Origin: a virus
Lineage: Duplodnaviria; Caudoviricetes
Direction: 5' to 3' (one strand)
Length of the DNA stretch: 64,000 nt
Virus record (IMG/VR): IMGVR_UViG_3300037313_001869
Span: 256,001-320,000 of that record
How positions within the stretch are numbered: position 1 is the first letter of the stretch; each line of letters opens with the position of its first letter. Below the pieces are notes generated by a model, which saw only the letters and a program-made list of their open reading frames with translations, made no database searches and was not told where the DNA came from. Position numbers and translations under genes: made by a program. Shown one piece after another: positions 59,661-64,000 of this stretch.

Positions 59661-61256
59661 TTAGCGAACCAGACTTTCGAGCAGGTGCCTCGCCAAAACC
59701 TTTCGGGCGAAGCGGAAGGTCTCCTTCTCGGGCCCGCCAAAGACCAGGGCCTCGAACGGGACGCTCTGCGAGACCGGGAGCTTGCCCATGCAGTAGAAGG
59801 CGAACATCTCGGCGAAGTTCTCGTGCGGCCCGCCATTCTTCGCGTACGCCGAGACGAACCCTTTGTAGTTGGGGGCGTCCGTGTTCCGGGTTTGGAGGTA
59901 TCCTTCGAGAGGGATGCGGCCGACCACGTTCGGGTCGTCCACGTTCTCCATGACGACGTACGTGTCCCTGCCCTTCCGCTCGACTTGCCGAACCCGGTAG
60001 GTACCCCCTCGCTTCGGGTCCTTCCAGAGGTCACCGGCCTTGGGCCGAGCGGTCGTCGCGTACCCGGCCTCCTCCCCTGCGAGGATCTCGTAGAGCCTGT
60101 CTACGCCGGGGTCGTTCTTCAGGAATTTGCGGGCGTACCGATGCCCCAGCTCGTGAAGTACGACGTAGACCGTGTCGTAGTCGGTCTTGACGTTGGCTCG
60201 CACGAAAAACGAATCGGAGCTGGCCACGTAGAAAGCGAGCGAGTCTTTTTTGCTGCTGATGGTGTTGGTGACCTGTACGTCGCCGTAGCACACCTCGCCG
60301 AGCCCGCTCGACTTCGCCAGAGCCTCGGCCTTCTTCATGACCTCGGCGACGTTGTCCACGATCTCGGAGGAGAAGCCGCCCGCGTTTACGACCGTGAAGC
60401 TCCCAGCCCTCTTCTTGGTCGCTCCTGCACCTTCCTCGCTGTGCTCCTTGCCCTTGGCGATCACGTCCTTAGCGAGCTTCAGCTCACCCTGGCAGCGCTT
60501 GTAAAGGTCCTGGTACACTTCCAGGACCTTCATGTCGGCGATAGCGCCCGAGCCTGGGATTCTGATCTTGAACCCCTTGTCGTGGTCCCGCGCGATCTTC
60601 TCGATCTTCTTGCGCTGTGCCGGGGCCAGAGAGAAGTTCTGGAGCAAGGAAAAGAAGAGAGCCCGTCCGGCGTCCGGCAGCTTCGTGACGGCAATCTTGA
60701 TCTTCGACCACGCCTGCTCCGAGAGCTGGACCGCCGGCACGTAGGCCGCTTCCAGGGCCGGGGGCATCGGCTCGCCCTTCTTCGTGAGCCGGAAGGTGAA
60801 GTGCTCGTTGATCGTCTTGCGGGCCTTCTCGCACGCCTCGGGGTCGAGGTCGAGGATCTGCACGGCCTTCTCGAACTCAGCAAGGAGAGCCCGCGTCTCG
60901 TCGAGCCCAGCCTCGACGAGGTCCGCCATCACCAGGCGAGCGAGCTTCGTCGCCCCCGCCTCCTCTGCCTTGGCCTGCTCTTCCTTGGCCTGCTCTTCCT
61001 TGGCTTGCTCAGCGAGAGCCTTCTCTTTCACGTCGGCTCGCCAGACCTTGAACAGGCCCATGACCTTGTTCTTCTTGCGGCCCTTCGGGATCGGCTCGAT
61101 CTCGATCGTGGGGTTGCCCCACTTGTCCTTGCCGATCGCTACGATCTTCCCGCGGTGGTTCTTGTACTTCCCGTATAGCACGATCGTGCCCGGGTTCATG
61201 TACGACGCACTCTTGAGGTAGCTCGTAACGACTCGGTGGGTCAGCTCTTCGTCCAT
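59661..61256 (-). CDS. RVAR-motif multidomain protein with zincin HExxH
   Basis: HRVVTSY; VLHELGHRY; SAYA..ENFAEMF. Confidence 0.75.
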   Translation of the reverse strand: MDEELTHRVVTSYLKSASYMNPGTIVLYGKYKNHRGKIVAIGKDKWGNPTIEIEPIPKGRKKNKVMGLFKVWRADVKEKALAEQAKEEQAKEEQAKAEEAGATKLARLVMADLVEAGLDETRALLAEFEKAVQILDLDPEACEKARKTINEHFTFRLTKKGEPMPPALEAAYVPAVQLSEQAWSKIKIAVTKLPDAGRALFFSLLQNFSLAPAQRKKIEKIARDHDKGFKIRIPGSGAIADMKVLEVYQDLYKRCQGELKLAKDVIAKGKEHSEEGAGATKKRAGSFTVVNAGGFSSEIVDNVAEVMKKAEALAKSSGLGEVCYGDVQVTNTISSKKDSLAFYVASSDSFFVRANVKTDYDTVYVVLHELGHRYARKFLKNDPGVDRLYEILAGEEAGYATTARPKAGDLWKDPKRGGTYRVRQVERKGRDTYVVMENVDDPNVVGRIPLEGYLQTRNTDAPNYKGFVSAYAKNGGPHENFAEMFAFYCMGKLPVSQSVPFEALVFGGPEKETFRFARKVLARHLLESLVR

Positions 61257-61807
61257 CGCTCTTCCGAGTCTCCGTACAAGTCCAATATCTCCTTGGCCCA
61301 ACGGATCTTGTCAGCGACGCGCTGCCCCGGGGGCTGGCTGCTAGACCAAAGTTCCAGGTTCTCGGGCCGGTTGTCGTTCCGCACCCCGTTAATGTGGTGG
61401 ACGTTCTCGTGGGGCAGAAGAGGTCGCCCGAGGATTTGCTCCATCACTACTCGATGTTGCAGTTTCTTTGTACCCCCTCGGCCCCCTATGCTCACGCTGA
61501 CGTATCCCCGTGTGAGAGACCCCTGGCCCTTCTCACCTCGGAGGCGTGTGGTGGGGTCCCCATGGGTCCGGAAGGCATTGTAGTGCTTCCGGCAGTACCC
61601 CTTCGCCAAGTAGGGCTTGCCGCAGCCCTCGACCGAGCAGGTTGCCCCCGGGGGTTTGGCGCCGAAGGCCCGCTCTCGCTTGCCTTGGGCTGCAAGCGGG
61701 TCCCCGTGAGCGTAGTTCGCGTGGTAGTGGTGCTTGCACCACCCCTTGGCGAAGTGCGGGGACCCGCAATCTTGTACTTCACAGCTCTTGGGCGCCTTGT
61801 CGGACAT
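61241..61807 (-). CDS. HNH homing endonuclease with Cys-His repeats
   Basis: HRVVME..VHHINGVRNDNRPENLEL. Confidence 0.88.
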   Translation of the reverse strand: MSDKAPKSCEVQDCGSPHFAKGWCKHHYHANYAHGDPLAAQGKRERAFGAKPPGATCSVEGCGKPYLAKGYCRKHYNAFRTHGDPTTRLRGEKGQGSLTRGYVSVSIGGRGGTKKLQHRVVMEQILGRPLLPHENVHHINGVRNDNRPENLELWSSSQPPGQRVADKIRWAKEILDLYGDSEERWTKS

Positions 61808-61837
61808 ACCCTAGCGAAAGTACAAGAGGAGTAGAGC

Positions 61838-61999
61838 TTACTTCTTCGGCGTGGGCTGCTGGGCGAGGAAGGCGGCGACGACCGATTCGGCCGAAGCCGT
61901 CTTGGTCTTCTTCTCGTCCTTCTTCTTCCCTTTGCCCTTCTTCGGCTTGGTCCAGTCCTCGTTCTCGTCGGTGAGGTGGATCGTGATCGGCTTGCTCAT
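61838..61999 (-). CDS. small Lys-rich protein
   Basis: ATGA coupling; KTASAESVVAAFL. Confidence 0.55.
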   Translation of the reverse strand: MSKPITIHLTDENEDWTKPKKGKGKKKDEKKTKTASAESVVAAFLAQQPTPKK

Positions 62000-63225
62000 G
62001 ACCTGGCCTTGTCGGCAACCTTGCCGGTATTGGTGGAGGCGCCGAGGACGACGACCTCGGCTTCGCCGAGCGTGTCCTTGTGGCTGCCGTGGGGCCCGAA
62101 CTTCGGGTTGGTGAGCGCAGAGGAGAAGACTTGCTCGGCGGGGATCTTGTACTCGATGCGGCGACCGAAGGCGCTCGCCCTCCCGCTGTCGGTCGTGAAC
62201 GAGGACATCTCGCGGGTCTTGATCTGGATCTCGTCGCCCTCCTTCGGGGGCGAGCCGTCGATCATCCCGGAGACGCCGCGGTAGACGGTCAGCTCCTTGA
62301 CCCCGAGCTTTTTCAGCATCGCCTGCGTGAAGGTGTAGGACTTCTTCACGTACGCGGCCAGCTCCTTGTCCTTCTCGCCTTCCTTGCGGTATTTCTTCGC
62401 GTCGTCGTCCTTCTCGTCGTTCGGCGAGGGCGACCCCTTCACGCCGAGGCTCTTGGCGAGCCCATGGAGCTTCTGCGACGCGGGGGCGGCCGACGACTGC
62501 TGCCAGTCGCCCATCACGTCTTCGTGGATGGCCCGCTCCTTCTCGGTAAGGACGTGCTTCTCGAAGTGCTCGCCGATCTGGGGGCCAGCGGCGTGGAGCA
62601 TCTTCTCCCCCTCGCTCTTCGCCTGCCACTCCTTCAGCATGGACTTCATGCCGGGGCGAGACTTGATCGCCTCCTTCAGCTTCTTCTCGTAGTCCTTGAC
62701 GGCCTTCTGCATGGCCGGCTTGAGCTTCTCGATCGCCTCGCCGTGCTCCTTCAGGACGGCGTCGATCTCGGCCTCGTCTGGCCCGAGGGCGCCCTCGAAG
62801 GAGGTGGCGCTCTTCTTCTTCGGCTCCTCCTTCTTCTCTTCCTTGGGCTCGGGCTTCTCTTCCTTCTTCGGGGCGGGCTTGTCCTTCTTCGGCTCCTCTT
62901 CCTTCTTCGCCGGAGCCTTCTCCCCGCCCTTGCTCTCGGGGTTCTTCTTCGCCCACTCCTTGTACTCCTCCATCGCCTTGCCGAAGAACGTCTTGTCCCT
63001 CAGCGCGGTCGTGAAGGAGACCTGGCTGTAGCGGCCCTTGGTCTCGGCGTTCGGGTTCGGCACTTTCTTCTTGCCGCCCTGGTGGACCTTGTCGAGCCAC
63101 TCCTGCCAGCGGGCCGGGGGCCCCGACTTCTTTCCGGACTCGCCCTCGCCTTCGTCGGCGGTGAAGGTACGGCCCGACCTGGCGAGGAAGAGTCGAGCGA
63201 CGCGGATAGAAGCGGGGTCGTGCAT
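61996..63225 (-). CDS. RVAR-motif protein with ADP-ribosyltransferase-like domain
   Basis: IRVARLF; VYRGV, SSFT, EAEVV (R-S-E triad). Confidence 0.7.
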   Translation of the reverse strand: MHDPASIRVARLFLARSGRTFTADEGEGESGKKSGPPARWQEWLDKVHQGGKKKVPNPNAETKGRYSQVSFTTALRDKTFFGKAMEEYKEWAKKNPESKGGEKAPAKKEEEPKKDKPAPKKEEKPEPKEEKKEEPKKKSATSFEGALGPDEAEIDAVLKEHGEAIEKLKPAMQKAVKDYEKKLKEAIKSRPGMKSMLKEWQAKSEGEKMLHAAGPQIGEHFEKHVLTEKERAIHEDVMGDWQQSSAAPASQKLHGLAKSLGVKGSPSPNDEKDDDAKKYRKEGEKDKELAAYVKKSYTFTQAMLKKLGVKELTVYRGVSGMIDGSPPKEGDEIQIKTREMSSFTTDSGRASAFGRRIEYKIPAEQVFSSALTNPKFGPHGSHKDTLGEAEVVVLGASTNTGKVADKARS

Positions 63226-63265
63226 GGCAGGGGTCTCTCGATCGGATTCCGTATAAACGGAAGTC

Positions 63266-64000
63266 TCAGAACATCGATCCGAACGTCGGGACCCAGAGGT
63301 CGTAGGTCTGCTCCCACGCGAGCATCTCGGGCTCCATGTAGCAGTAGCCCCGATCGCCCCAACCCTGGCCCCAGGAGTTCTTGACGATGTAGAGGTTCGA
63401 GGAGGCGATGTAGCCGACGACGATGAGGGCGTGACCTCCGAGGGTCGCTCCCGTGGGCTTCTTCGCCGTCGCGTTCGGACCTGAGAGGGCCTCGAACGCC
63501 TTGTCGATCATCGTACCGAAAACGACCGGGTGGTTTGCCCGAAGCGCGGCCTGGATCTCGGCGAGCCGGTCGTCGTAGACGCCCTTGATGCGGTAGTAGC
63601 TGTGGATCTTGTGGCCGAACGCCTGGCGCATGGCCTTGATGCTCGGGAGCGTGAAGACCTTTGCCGTGTCGTAGGGCCAGATGTCTTCGTCGCAGATGCC
63701 CCAGCGCGAGAGGGCCTCGAAGGCGAGCCGGATGTGGGTACCCTTGTCCTGGTCCACGTCCCCTTGGCCGTCGTTGTTCGCGTCCATCAGGGCGCGGGCG
63801 AGGGTGTAGACGAAGAGGCGGGAGAGCTGAACGGGGGGCTTTGGGTCGCGGCCCTGGGCCTTCGCCTGCTTCTCCTCCTCGATGGCGTTCAGGATCTCGA
63901 TGGCGTCGGCCGTGGCGTTGCCCACGCACGAGCTGAGCGAGCGCTGGTTCGACTCGGTGCAGTACGGCCGAAGGTCGGCGTCGCCCTCTCCGACCGCCGC
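63266..64000 (-). CDS. papain-like C1 cysteine peptidase (5' end outside window)
   Basis: NQ..SSCVGNA, GGHA, KNSWG. Confidence 0.88.
   Translation of the reverse strand, partial: AAVGEGDADLRPYCTESNQRSLSSCVGNATADAIEILNAIEEEKQAKAQGRDPKPPVQLSRLFVYTLARALMDANNDGQGDVDQDKGTHIRLAFEALSRWGICDEDIWPYDTAKVFTLPSIKAMRQAFGHKIHSYYRIKGVYDDRLAEIQAALRANHPVVFGTMIDKAFEALSGPNATAKKPTGATLGGHALIVVGYIASSNLYIVKNSWGQGWGDRGYCYMEPEMLAWEQTYDLWVPTFGSMF

Overview
GC-rich, gene-dense segment that most likely comes from a large (jumbo) bacteriophage. The host is inferred, not shown, to be a high-GC bacterium, possibly Myxococcota-like. It encodes class II RNR, clamp-loader delta and delta', GroEL, ClpP, peptide deformylase, dCTP deaminase, SAM decarboxylase, three DNA methyltransferases, AlkB, four HNH nucleases, two sigma-like proteins and many small ORFs. 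It also carries a minus-strand array of 47 tRNAs covering all 20 amino acids and a 527-nt tmRNA. Main observation: TTA behaves as a fourth STOP codon. All 11 in-frame TTA codons I found in credible genes sit where the protein should end (before the next ATG, opposite a convergent TAA, before a tRNA, right after the tmRNA ...ALAA tag). I found none inside genes, and no tRNA-Leu(UAA) in the window. Second observation: eight Y-RNA-like ncRNAs share a terminal module and carry variable cargo, three of them circularly permuted tRNA mimics, and are interspersed in the tRNA array. Also seen: a CGGTGTA-N9/10-ATG leaderless promoter motif, a shared N-terminal RVARxF motif on putative virion-packaged proteins, and a shared RFDR motif. 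All calls were made by eye with no database searches; many start codons and RNA ends are approximate.
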